From an uncultured Bacilli bacterium (GTDB lineage Bacteria; Bacillota_I; Bacilli_A; RFN20; CAG-826), in the NCBI GenBank assembly GCA_944372115.1, contig CALVYH010000005.1, forward strand, positions 11,812 to 75,811: a DNA stretch of 64,000 bases, given 5' to 3'. The notes below the pieces were generated by a model that saw only the letters and a program-made list of their open reading frames with translations, was not told the origin of the DNA and made no database searches. This document shows, piece by piece, positions 56,089 to 64,000 of the stretch (its first letter is position 1; the number at the start of each line of letters is the position of its first letter). A program made the position numbers and the translations under genes.

Positions 56089-56165
56089 TGCCTTTTTTAT
56101 CTTTTAAAAATATTAAAAACCGCCCAAATCGTTTTTATATATGATATTATTTATACATATATATA

Positions 56166-56188
56166 ATATAAGAACGGGGTTCTTATAT
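56166..56188. promoter_or_regulatory. Perfect 10-bp inverted repeat abutting a TATAAT box (operator-like or RNA switch element)
   Basis: ATATAAGAAC-GGG-GTTCTTATAT. TATAAT at 56162-56167 overlaps its 5' edge. An alternative 8-bp pairing is ACGGGGTT (56174-56181) / AACCCCGT (56201-56208). Confidence 0.35.
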
Positions 56189-56284
56189 AAAAGGTTCACC
56201 AACCCCGTACGTAGTACAAGAATGCTTTGAAAGTTAAAAAATATTCACTTTTAAGCATAATTTAATACTATTTTAATTTTAGTT

Positions 56285-57211
56285 ATGAAAAGTTATAAAA
56301 AATGGATAAACATAAATATAAAGAATTTAAAAAATAAAACTATATTAATAAATGGGGTTACAGGCGGTATTGGAAGAGCTACTGTTTATTATTTAGCTTC
56401 TTTGAATAATTCTTTAATTTTTCTAGTAAGAAATTTAAAAGCAGCTGAAAAATTAAAAAACGAAATTATTAAAACATATAATGCAAATGTTGATATTATA
56501 TTTTTTGATTATTTAGATAAAAATAGTCTTAATAATTGCTTAATTAATTTAAAAACAAACAAAAAAATCGATATTTTTATGAATGTTAGTGGAATCTATC
56601 ATCAAAAAGAAGAATATATTGGCGATATTGAAAAAACATTTATTGTAAATTATTTTGCCCCTTCATATATTATTTCTTCTTTATTTAAATTATTTCCTGA
56701 TTTAAAAGTAATTGATGTAAGTAGTGTTACTTATCAAATAAAAAAGATTAAAAATATCAACTATTTAGCAAATAAAGAATCTTTTATAAATTATTTAAAG
56801 ACAATAAAAAATAAGACTATTCGATACGGTTTAAGTAAAAGATTTTTAATGCAATATCTACTTTATTTAAAAATAAACGAAAATAAAAATATAGTTTTTG
56901 TACATCCTGGTGTAAGCAAGACTAATCTTTTTGATAAAAAGAATAATGCCTATGGCAAGTGGTTTTATTATTTTGTTCCTTCTTTAATGAATTTAATTTT
57001 TATGAAGCCATCAAAAGCATGCTTGTCTTTATTAAAAGGAGCTGAAATAGATAATATAAATAAAAATTTTTGGGTTGGACCTCATGGTTTTTTAAATTTT
57101 TGGGGATACCCAAAAATTTATAAATTAAGAAAAAATTTAATGAATAAAGAAATTATTGATAAAATTTTTTCATTAACAAATGAAATAAATGATTTATGGA
57201 AGATAAATTAA
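56285..57211 (+). CDS. SDR-family oxidoreductase
   Basis: INGVTGGIGRATVYYLA (TGxxxGxG). YGLSK matches the catalytic YxxxK motif. Confidence 0.8.
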   Translation: MKSYKKWININIKNLKNKTILINGVTGGIGRATVYYLASLNNSLIFLVRNLKAAEKLKNEIIKTYNANVDIIFFDYLDKNSLNNCLINLKTNKKIDIFMNVSGIYHQKEEYIGDIEKTFIVNYFAPSYIISSLFKLFPDLKVIDVSSVTYQIKKIKNINYLANKESFINYLKTIKNKTIRYGLSKRFLMQYLLYLKINENKNIVFVHPGVSKTNLFDKKNNAYGKWFYYFVPSLMNLIFMKPSKACLSLLKGAEIDNINKNFWVGPHGFLNFWGYPKIYKLRKNLMNKEIIDKIFSLTNEINDLWKIN

Positions 57212-58104
57212 AAAAAGCGGTCATTATTTGTTTTAGCGGAACAGGAAATACACTCTTTTTAGCTTCTTTAATAAAAGAAAGACTTGAAAAAGATGACTTA
57301 TATAAGATTGACATTTGTTCGATTGATTATAAAAAAGAAGTAATTGAATTAACTAGCTATGATTTAATTATTTTTTCTTATCCAATATATGCTTTTAATA
57401 GTCCAATTATTTTTGACAAATATATTAAAAAATTGAAGTTTCCTAAGGATAAAAAGTATTTTATTTTAAAGCAAAGTGGTGAACCATTAGCGTTAAATAA
57501 TTCCTCTTCATTATTTATAAAAAGAAAATTAAGAAAAAATAAGATTAAAGTAAGTGGCGAATATCATTTTTTATTCCCATATAATATTCATTTTCGTTAT
57601 AGTGATGAATTTGTTAAAGAATTATATGAAGCAAGTTTAAAATTATTAGATATTTTTATTTATGATTTAAAAAATAACAAAGTATCCAAAATTAAGTTTA
57701 ATCCTTTTATTTATTTAAACGCATTAATATTTAAAATTCAAAGATTAGGAGGTCCTATAAATTCGTATTTTTATAAAATTGATTATAACAAATGTATTCA
57801 TTGCAACAAATGCATGAACAATTGTCCAACAAATAATATATTTAAAATTAATGAAGAGTATAAGTTTAAAAATAAATGCGTAATGTGTATGAGATGTTCC
57901 TTTTTTTGTCCAAAAGATGCAATTAATATTGGAATGCTTCAAAAGTGGAAAGTCAATGGAGCATATGATTTTAGAAAAATCATTAATGATAAAAATATAA
58001 AAGGAGATTTTTTAAAGTCTCATAAAAAAGGTTTTTATGGATTTTTTAAAAAATATTTTAAAGAGTTGAACAAAAAATATGATGAATATTTTTTTAAAAA
58101 ATAA
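57196..58104 (+). CDS. EFR1-family ferredoxin (flavodoxin-like domain plus 2x[4Fe-4S])
   Basis: VIICFSGTGNT, then CIHCNKCMNNCP and CVMCMRCSFFCP. Confidence 0.8.
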   Translation: MEDKLKKAVIICFSGTGNTLFLASLIKERLEKDDLYKIDICSIDYKKEVIELTSYDLIIFSYPIYAFNSPIIFDKYIKKLKFPKDKKYFILKQSGEPLALNNSSSLFIKRKLRKNKIKVSGEYHFLFPYNIHFRYSDEFVKELYEASLKLLDIFIYDLKNNKVSKIKFNPFIYLNALIFKIQRLGGPINSYFYKIDYNKCIHCNKCMNNCPTNNIFKINEEYKFKNKCVMCMRCSFFCPKDAINIGMLQKWKVNGAYDFRKIINDKNIKGDFLKSHKKGFYGFFKKYFKELNKKYDEYFFKK

Positions 58105-58137
58105 TTTATAATTTAAAAAGAAAAGAGAGATATAAAA

Positions 58138-59295
58138 ATGGGCAAAAAAAGAAGAAAGAAAAACAATAAAAAAACTATAATATCAGCACTTATTTTAGTA
58201 GGAATTATTGCTATTGGTGCTTGTGGATATGTGATTTATGATCGTTTTATTAAAAAAGATGAAGTGGTTGATCAAGATCAAGGAGATGATGATAATAATA
58301 AACCTTCATATCCAACTGAACTAGGTAGTGTTAATGTGACAAGTAAAGTTTCTTGGAATAATAAATTTAATATTTCTAAAGAAAGTGTTTTTTATCAATA
58401 TAATCAAAATGAAATTGAAAGTTATTACTCATCTATAGATTTTAATTTGGCAAAAGATGCTTCAACTAAAGAAGATGTTTTTACTTCACTTTATGATTTG
58501 TTATCAAAAGATTTTAATAAACTTAATTATGATGGAAAAAATTCATCTTATGAAGGAACAAATTTTACATGGGCAAATTATGTAATTGCTGATAGAGATT
58601 TTTCTCTTTCTCCATTAACTCAAGAAGAAGTAAATAAAAATGGTTGGAATAAAGATAATATATATTTAGATATTTTATATAGAAAAGATAGCATAATTTT
58701 TAAATCTTCTTTAGGAAGCGAAGGACTTTTAGATATAGAGCATATTTTACCTAAATCATATGGATTTAATATTGAAGGAACCGGCTATCAAAAATTAGAT
58801 GCTGGATGTGATTTACATAATTTAAGAGCGGCAGATCATAAGGGTAATTCTACTGGACATAATAATAGGCTTTATGATGATATTTCTACCTTAAATGATA
58901 TAAATGAAGTTTATGATCCAGATAATAACTCAGTTTCTTATTATAATGATTCATATTTTGAACCACCTAGCGAAGATAAAGGGGAGATTGCTCGTGCTGT
59001 ATTTTATATGGCTTTAAAATATCGTTATTATGAAGAAGGTAATGATATATTAACTGAAGGTCCGGCAATTAGAATAACTGATAGCGCTATTAAAATTGAT
59101 TCAACAGTTATTCCTTCTGATACAAAAGATAAACCAATAGAATTTGGTAAATTATCAACTCTTTTAAAATGGAATGAAGAAGATCCAGTTAGTGAAAATG
59201 AAATGATTAGAAATAATATTGTTTATAATTTACAAGGGAATAGAAATCCATTTGTTGATTATCCTAATTTAGCTAATTTATTATTTATGGAATAA
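58138..59295 (+). CDS. Membrane-anchored endonuclease I family nuclease
   Basis: The N-terminal basic stretch plus TM helix is IISALILVGIIAIGACGYVIY. Endonuclease_1 motifs are present: EHILPKSYG, DLHNLRAADHKGNSTGHNN, GEIARAVFYMALKY, NRNPFVDYP. Confidence 0.85.
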   Translation: MGKKRRKKNNKKTIISALILVGIIAIGACGYVIYDRFIKKDEVVDQDQGDDDNNKPSYPTELGSVNVTSKVSWNNKFNISKESVFYQYNQNEIESYYSSIDFNLAKDASTKEDVFTSLYDLLSKDFNKLNYDGKNSSYEGTNFTWANYVIADRDFSLSPLTQEEVNKNGWNKDNIYLDILYRKDSIIFKSSLGSEGLLDIEHILPKSYGFNIEGTGYQKLDAGCDLHNLRAADHKGNSTGHNNRLYDDISTLNDINEVYDPDNNSVSYYNDSYFEPPSEDKGEIARAVFYMALKYRYYEEGNDILTEGPAIRITDSAIKIDSTVIPSDTKDKPIEFGKLSTLLKWNEEDPVSENEMIRNNIVYNLQGNRNPFVDYPNLANLLFME

Positions 59296-59327
59296 AAAAT
59301 AGATAACATCAATGTATCTATTTTTTT
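59294..59327. terminator. Bidirectional terminator between the nuclease gene and pfp
   Basis: aaaaatagata...tatctattttttt. Confidence 0.7.
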
Positions 59328-60535
59328 AAATAATCAATAATACCATCTTTTGAAAATGTATTGATATGACCTTTTATTAATCTTTTTATATAAGTTTTAT
59401 ATTCATCTTTAATTTCTTTTTTAGTGTAATCTAAATAATTTTCATCCATCTTTCTTTCTTTATTTGCAACTTTATCAATATTAATAAAAGAGAAAGTATA
59501 TTTATTATTTTTATAAATGACTTTTATCATTTTATTATTTATATCTTTTTTTAATACGTTTTTAAGAGCAAAAGAAGAAGCTTTTTTAGCGAGTGTTAAA
59601 TCAACTTTTGAAGGCGAAAAAGAATTTGCTCTTTGTAAAAGCGAAAGTTCAATTGCTCTAACTTTAAAATTTAATTTTTCCATAACTAAAGAAGCTAAAT
59701 ATGAAGACACTCCTCCTAATGAATGATGATTAAATTCATCTTTTTTAATATTTGCTTGATAAATTAATTTATTATTCTCGTTTTTTATTCCTTCGCTAAT
59801 TATTACTAAGCAATGTTGTTTTTTAGAATATATTTCATTAACTTTATTTAAAAAATTATCAATATTAAAACTAAATTCAGGAAGATAAATTAAATCAATA
59901 TCGACTCCATAATCTTTTAAAATAATAGAAGAAGCAGTTAACCATCCTGCGTTTCTACCCATAACTTCAATAATATTTACTCTTCCTTTTTTATAAGACA
60001 TATCGTCGTTATAAACATTTAAAATAGAATTTATTACAAATTTTGCACTAGAAGGAAAACCAAAAGAAAAATCGGTTCCTACTAAATCATTATCGATGGT
60101 TTTAGGAATACCGATTGTATCGCATTTATAACCATTCAACTTTAAATAAGAATCAATCTTATTGATAGTATCCATTGAATCGTTTCCGCCATTATAAAAA
60201 AAATAACGAATGTTATATTTTTTAAAAATTTTTAGTATTTTTTTATAATCTGTTTCATCTTCAATATATCTTTTTAATTTATAACGATTACTTCCAAAAA
60301 AAGCACCGCTCGTGTTTTCTAATTTTTTATATTTAATAAAATCAGAAGGTTCAATAATAAATAAATCTTCGCTTAATAATCCTTCAATTCCATAATGCAT
60401 GCAGATAATTTTATCTATATTGTCTTTGTGTTTATTAGCTTCATTAATTAAACCTAAAAAGGAAGAATTAATTACGCTAGTTGGCCCGCCACTTTGGCCA
60501 TATAAAATATTGGCTTTTTCTTTAAACATCTTCAC
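59318..60535 (-). CDS. pfp: Phosphofructokinase, predicted pyrophosphate-dependent type
   Basis: GQSGGPTSVINSS, GGNDS (Asp at the position that is Gly in ATP-PFK GGDGS), IPKTIDND (Lys where ATP-PFKs have Gly) and MGRNAGWL. Confidence 0.8.
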   Translation of the reverse strand: MKMFKEKANILYGQSGGPTSVINSSFLGLINEANKHKDNIDKIICMHYGIEGLLSEDLFIIEPSDFIKYKKLENTSGAFFGSNRYKLKRYIEDETDYKKILKIFKKYNIRYFFYNGGNDSMDTINKIDSYLKLNGYKCDTIGIPKTIDNDLVGTDFSFGFPSSAKFVINSILNVYNDDMSYKKGRVNIIEVMGRNAGWLTASSIILKDYGVDIDLIYLPEFSFNIDNFLNKVNEIYSKKQHCLVIISEGIKNENNKLIYQANIKKDEFNHHSLGGVSSYLASLVMEKLNFKVRAIELSLLQRANSFSPSKVDLTLAKKASSFALKNVLKKDINNKMIKVIYKNNKYTFSFINIDKVANKERKMDENYLDYTKKEIKDEYKTYIKRLIKGHINTFSKDGIIDYLKK

Positions 60536-60598
60536 TATTTTATAAAAATAAAATTGATAAAGAAAGCATTAATAAAACATGTTAAAATAATTTTCGGT

Positions 60599-61384
60599 AT
60601 GGAAAGAAAAATTATTGTTTGTGATGTTGATGGAACAACATTAAAGGCTGGAGAAAATTACTTTAAAAAAGAAGTAAAAGATGCATTTAATAAAGTTTTA
60701 AACGAAAAATCTTATCTTGTTGTAGCAAGCGGAAGAACTTATCGTAATCTTTATAAAATTTTTGATAAAAATAATGATGTTATCTATATTGCTGAAAACG
60801 GAAATCAAATTGTTTTTAATAATGAATTTCTAAAAATAAATAAATTTGAGAAAGAAAAATCGTTAGGCATTATAAAGTATCTTTATTCAGTTAAAAAAGA
60901 ATTAATAGCTATATTAATTTCAACTCCTTTTGAAGCTATTTATTATGAAGATTCAAATATTTATATTGATGAAGAAGAGGAGCCAAGATATAAAAATATT
61001 GATTTAGATGGTTTGATTTCTTATCTCACTAATAAAGAAGTTATAAAAATTTCTATTTTTAAAGAAAAAAGGGATAAAAGATTTTATGAAATATATGATT
61101 TTTTAATAAAAAAATTTAAAGATATTGAAGTTTTTGATGCAAATAATCGATGGATTGATATTTCTCCTTTAAACGGGAACAAGGGTGGTGCTTTAAAATA
61201 TGTAATAGAAAAATTTGATATTTCTAATTTTCCTTTGTATGTTTTTGGAGATGGAGAAAACGATATTTCAATGTTAACTTTAACTAAAAATAGTTATTGT
61301 CCAAATGATGCGTTAGAAAAGGTTAAAAAAATAGTTAATCATCAATATGTTCATTTTGAAGAGGTGATTTCTTCAATCTTTTAA
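60599..61384 (+). CDS. Cof-type HAD-IIB phosphatase
   Basis: IIVCDVDGTTL, ASGR, GDGENDISML. I prefer ATG 60599. Confidence 0.85.
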   Translation: MERKIIVCDVDGTTLKAGENYFKKEVKDAFNKVLNEKSYLVVASGRTYRNLYKIFDKNNDVIYIAENGNQIVFNNEFLKINKFEKEKSLGIIKYLYSVKKELIAILISTPFEAIYYEDSNIYIDEEEEPRYKNIDLDGLISYLTNKEVIKISIFKEKRDKRFYEIYDFLIKKFKDIEVFDANNRWIDISPLNGNKGGALKYVIEKFDISNFPLYVFGDGENDISMLTLTKNSYCPNDALEKVKKIVNHQYVHFEEVISSIF

Positions 61385-61946
61385 GAATCAAATATTTATA
61401 AATTAAAATAACTATTAAAGCAACTAATGCTCCATCAAACATTCCCATTAAACAATCTGTAAAATAGTGATGTAAAAGAGCAATTCTTGAAAGCATAACA
61501 AGAAGTGCTATTACTATAAAAATTATTGAATAAGCTAAATGGGTTTTATTTTTACCTTTTTCAATAAATATAAAATAAAAGATGAAAGAAAAAGTTCCGG
61601 CAGAAACTATAGTTGAATGCCCGCTAGGGAAAGAATACCCATCGATATAAAATCCAACCGGATCAATTCCCATAGCAACAAATGGTCTATCTCTTGTGAA
61701 AAGATTTTTTAATACTAAGTCATTTAATAAATAGCAAACTATTAGAGTTATTAGCATTAATATTCCAATATTTCTGCTTTCTTTTTTAAATAAGAACATA
61801 AAAGCAATGACAAAATAAAAAATAAAAAAACAAGAAAATATTGTCATCCAATTTACCCAACTTTCGCTTTCTATAAATTGTTTAAAAAAATTTGAAATTG
61901 AATCATCAAAAGGATTTCTCATAGATAATAAAATATTCATAGGCAT
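61335..61946 (-). CDS. PAP2-family lipid phosphatase (undecaprenyl-diphosphatase-like)
   Basis: KNLFTRDRPF, PSGHS, SRIALLHHYFTD. Confidence 0.85.
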   Translation of the reverse strand: MPMNILLSMRNPFDDSISNFFKQFIESESWVNWMTIFSCFFIFYFVIAFMFLFKKESRNIGILMLITLIVCYLLNDLVLKNLFTRDRPFVAMGIDPVGFYIDGYSFPSGHSTIVSAGTFSFIFYFIFIEKGKNKTHLAYSIIFIVIALLVMLSRIALLHHYFTDCLMGMFDGALVALIVILIYKYLILKRLKKSPLQNEHIDD

Positions 61947-62037
61947 ATTATATTTTTATTAAAACATTTTTTACATAAAAAATTTTATATCTATTCTTTT
62001 TTTAAATAAAAATACGATAAAATTCGAATCTTTTATC

Positions 62038-62080
62038 TTTGTAAAATATTCTTTACAAATCTGTAAAGTTAAATGTAAAG
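62038..62080. promoter_or_regulatory. Cluster of TGTAAA/TTTACA half-sites (candidate operator) between the divergent PAP2 and XRE genes
   Basis: The inverted repeat is TTTGTAAA (62038-62045) / TTTACAAA (62052-62059). Direct TGTAAAG repeats lie at 62062-62068 and 62074-62080, spaced 12 nt apart. Confidence 0.4.
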
Positions 62081-62186
62081 ATATATTTTCTTTATTTTTT
62101 CCGTTTAATGCTTAAACTTTAATAATAAGCAATAGAGATTTAGGCCGACTCATTGTAAAAATTAAATTAAAAAGGTGGTATTTAAT

Positions 62187-63041
62187 ATGAGTTTAGAACT
62201 TGGAAAAAGATTAACAGAATTTAGAAAAAGAAATAATTTGTCACAAGAAGAACTTGCAAATAAATTAAAAGTATCAAGACAAAGTATTTGCAATTGGGAA
62301 AGTGGGGAATCATCTCCTTCCATTGATTATATTCAAGATATGGCAAAATTATATAATGTTTCTATTGATGATTTAATAAACGTTAATAAAACTATAGATG
62401 ATTGCTATAAGAAAAAAGAAGAGAATGGTTCATTTGTACATGTCTCAAAAAACGGTATTTTCATTAATGATAAAGATGGTGGTGATTTTTTATCAATTGA
62501 TGAAGACGGAATAAATATTAACGGCAAAAAAGATTGGAAAAAAGATGATGAAAAATATGATTTTGTTAATGATAATGGAACCTGGAAAGTAATTTATAAT
62601 GAAAATGTTAAAAATAGAAAGATTATTAAAAAAACAGCTAGTTTAATTGACGGATTAATGGCTTTAATTGTGTGTGCTGTTTATATTCTTTTAGGTTGCT
62701 TAGATAATTCTTTATGGGGAAAAATGTGGCCTCTATTCTTTACATTTTTAATTCCAGGTGCATTAGTTAGAACTTTTGGATTAAAAAAATTTAATGATTT
62801 TCCTATTGTTTTTATAGTAGCTGCAATTTATTGTTTTTTAGGAATGTGGCTTCCAAATAATTCAGGATGGCATCCTTATTGGGTAATTTTCTTTGCAATC
62901 CCTATTTATTATTCATTGATAAGTTCTATTAAAGCAATTATAAAAGAAAAAAAGAAAAATGCTTATTTAAAAGATAATGTTACTATAAGTGTTGATGATG
63001 AAGATGATGAAGAAGATAAAGAAAGTGATTTAGATAAATAA
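62187..63041 (+). CDS. XRE-family HTH protein with a C-terminal polytopic membrane domain
   Basis: LGKRLTEFRKRNNLSQEELANKLKVSRQSICNWESGESSPSIDYIQDMAKLYNVSIDDLI. About 4 TM helices follow (aa 165-265), then an acidic tail. Confidence 0.85.
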   Translation: MSLELGKRLTEFRKRNNLSQEELANKLKVSRQSICNWESGESSPSIDYIQDMAKLYNVSIDDLINVNKTIDDCYKKKEENGSFVHVSKNGIFINDKDGGDFLSIDEDGININGKKDWKKDDEKYDFVNDNGTWKVIYNENVKNRKIIKKTASLIDGLMALIVCAVYILLGCLDNSLWGKMWPLFFTFLIPGALVRTFGLKKFNDFPIVFIVAAIYCFLGMWLPNNSGWHPYWVIFFAIPIYYSLISSIKAIIKEKKKNAYLKDNVTISVDDEDDEEDKESDLDK

Positions 63042-63090
63042 AAAAATAAAAAATCGGGCAAATATTGCTTGATTTTTTACTTGTTATTAA

Positions 63091-63714
63091 TTAATGTATT
63101 TCATCATTTAAAATAGCTTTTAATACTGCGCCTAAAACTTCTATAGATTTATTATCATAACCATCGTTATTAATAATTAAGTCTGCGTAATATTGAGATG
63201 GCCCTATAATTTCTTCATACATTGGTTGAACGGTTGAAAAATATTGATTTAAGATATTTTCTCTATCTCTTCCTCTTTCAACGATATCTCTATCCATTCT
63301 TCTAATAAGTCTTCTTTCTCTAGAAGCATTTATAAATACTTTTAAATCACCTAAATCTCTGACTTTTTTATTAACTAAACCCATAATTCCTTCAACAATT
63401 ACTAATTTTTTAGGTTCAATATGTTCAGTTTGTTTGCTACGATTATGTTCTTTATAATCATAAAGAGGTTTATCAATAGCTTTATCATTTTTTAAATCAG
63501 TAAGTTGAACAAACATATATTTCCAATCGAATGCTTTTGGATGATCAAAATTTTGTTTTCTTCTTTCTTCAAAACTTAAATCACTTAAATCTTTATAATA
63601 ATCATCGATTGAAAAATGTACGACATTTTCTTTTCCTATTATCTTTATTACTTCATCGATGACATAAGTTTTGCCGCTTGCGGTACCTCCGCCAACTAAA
63701 ATTAATTTTGCCAT
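63091..63714 (-). CDS. udk: Uridine kinase
   Basis: VGGGTASGKT, NFDHPKAFD, VIVEGI. Confidence 0.93.
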   Translation of the reverse strand: MAKLILVGGGTASGKTYVIDEVIKIIGKENVVHFSIDDYYKDLSDLSFEERRKQNFDHPKAFDWKYMFVQLTDLKNDKAIDKPLYDYKEHNRSKQTEHIEPKKLVIVEGIMGLVNKKVRDLGDLKVFINASRERRLIRRMDRDIVERGRDRENILNQYFSTVQPMYEEIIGPSQYYADLIINNDGYDNKSIEVLGAVLKAILNDEIH

Positions 63715-63838
63715 TTTTTGGTGCCCTATCTTATTCTATTCTTTTTTATCGAAATAAAGTAGATATTTTTTATTTTTGTTTCTTTTAAATTAATTTAATG
63801 AGACAATATTGAAAATCATGAAAGGACTTTATTAATTT

Positions 63839-64000
63839 ATGAATTTTAAAATTATCGTAGATTCTTCATCAAATCTTACAAACGATTACCTTAAGAATGA
63901 AAAAGATATTGGGTTTGCTGTCGCACCATTAACAATAAGATTTGATGGAAGAGAATACGTTGACGATGAAAACTTAGATGTACATCAAATGCTCATTGAT
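63839..64000 (+). CDS. DegV-family fatty-acid-binding protein, N-terminal part (continues beyond the window)
   Basis: MNFKIIVDSSSNL...PLTIRFDGREYVDDENLD. Confidence 0.8.
   Translation, partial: MNFKIIVDSSSNLTNDYLKNEKDIGFAVAPLTIRFDGREYVDDENLDVHQMLID

Overview
This is a very AT-rich chromosome segment from a low-GC Bacillota or Mollicutes-like organism. It reads cleanly in the standard code: conserved genes are full length with TGG for Trp, so TGA is not needed as a sense codon. Gene content looks Acholeplasma-like (inference). It includes a PPi-type phosphofructokinase, a GT4 glycosyltransferase, several lipoproteins, a membrane-anchored endonuclease I, RNase J, Spx, DegV and Bacillus-like ylbF-rsmD-coaD and yjbK-ppnK synteny, and no cell-wall genes are seen. 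Most of the window is core genome. There is a complete S10-spc-alpha ribosomal protein cluster at 17.8-32.6 kb, running rpsJ to rplQ with secY, adk, map, infA and rpmJ but no rpmD. There is a queuosine salvage cluster (queT, tgt, queA, queH) preceded by a preQ1-I-like riboswitch candidate. Housekeeping genes include rnj, def, proS, guaA, pfp and udk, and there are two tRNA-Ser genes. No transposase, integrase, CRISPR array or prophage genes were seen. The stand-out region is a tightly packed six-gene operon at 976-12617. It encodes a polytopic LRR surface protein and two membrane-tethered McrB-like AAA+ NTPase paralogs. These flank a coiled-coil protein that is McrC-N-terminal-like but has no recognisable nuclease domain. 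Two giant membrane-anchored transglutaminase-fold proteins full of MBG-type adhesin repeats complete the operon. I do not recognise this combination as a described system, and I flag it as the main candidate for novel biology. Secondary points are listed below.
- A QueH-glycosyltransferase fusion with a degenerate DXD motif.
- A riboswitch candidate with an embedded AT hairpin.
- A decayed flavin-reductase-like pseudogene.
- A degenerate EAL-like membrane protein.
- Several operator-like repeats.
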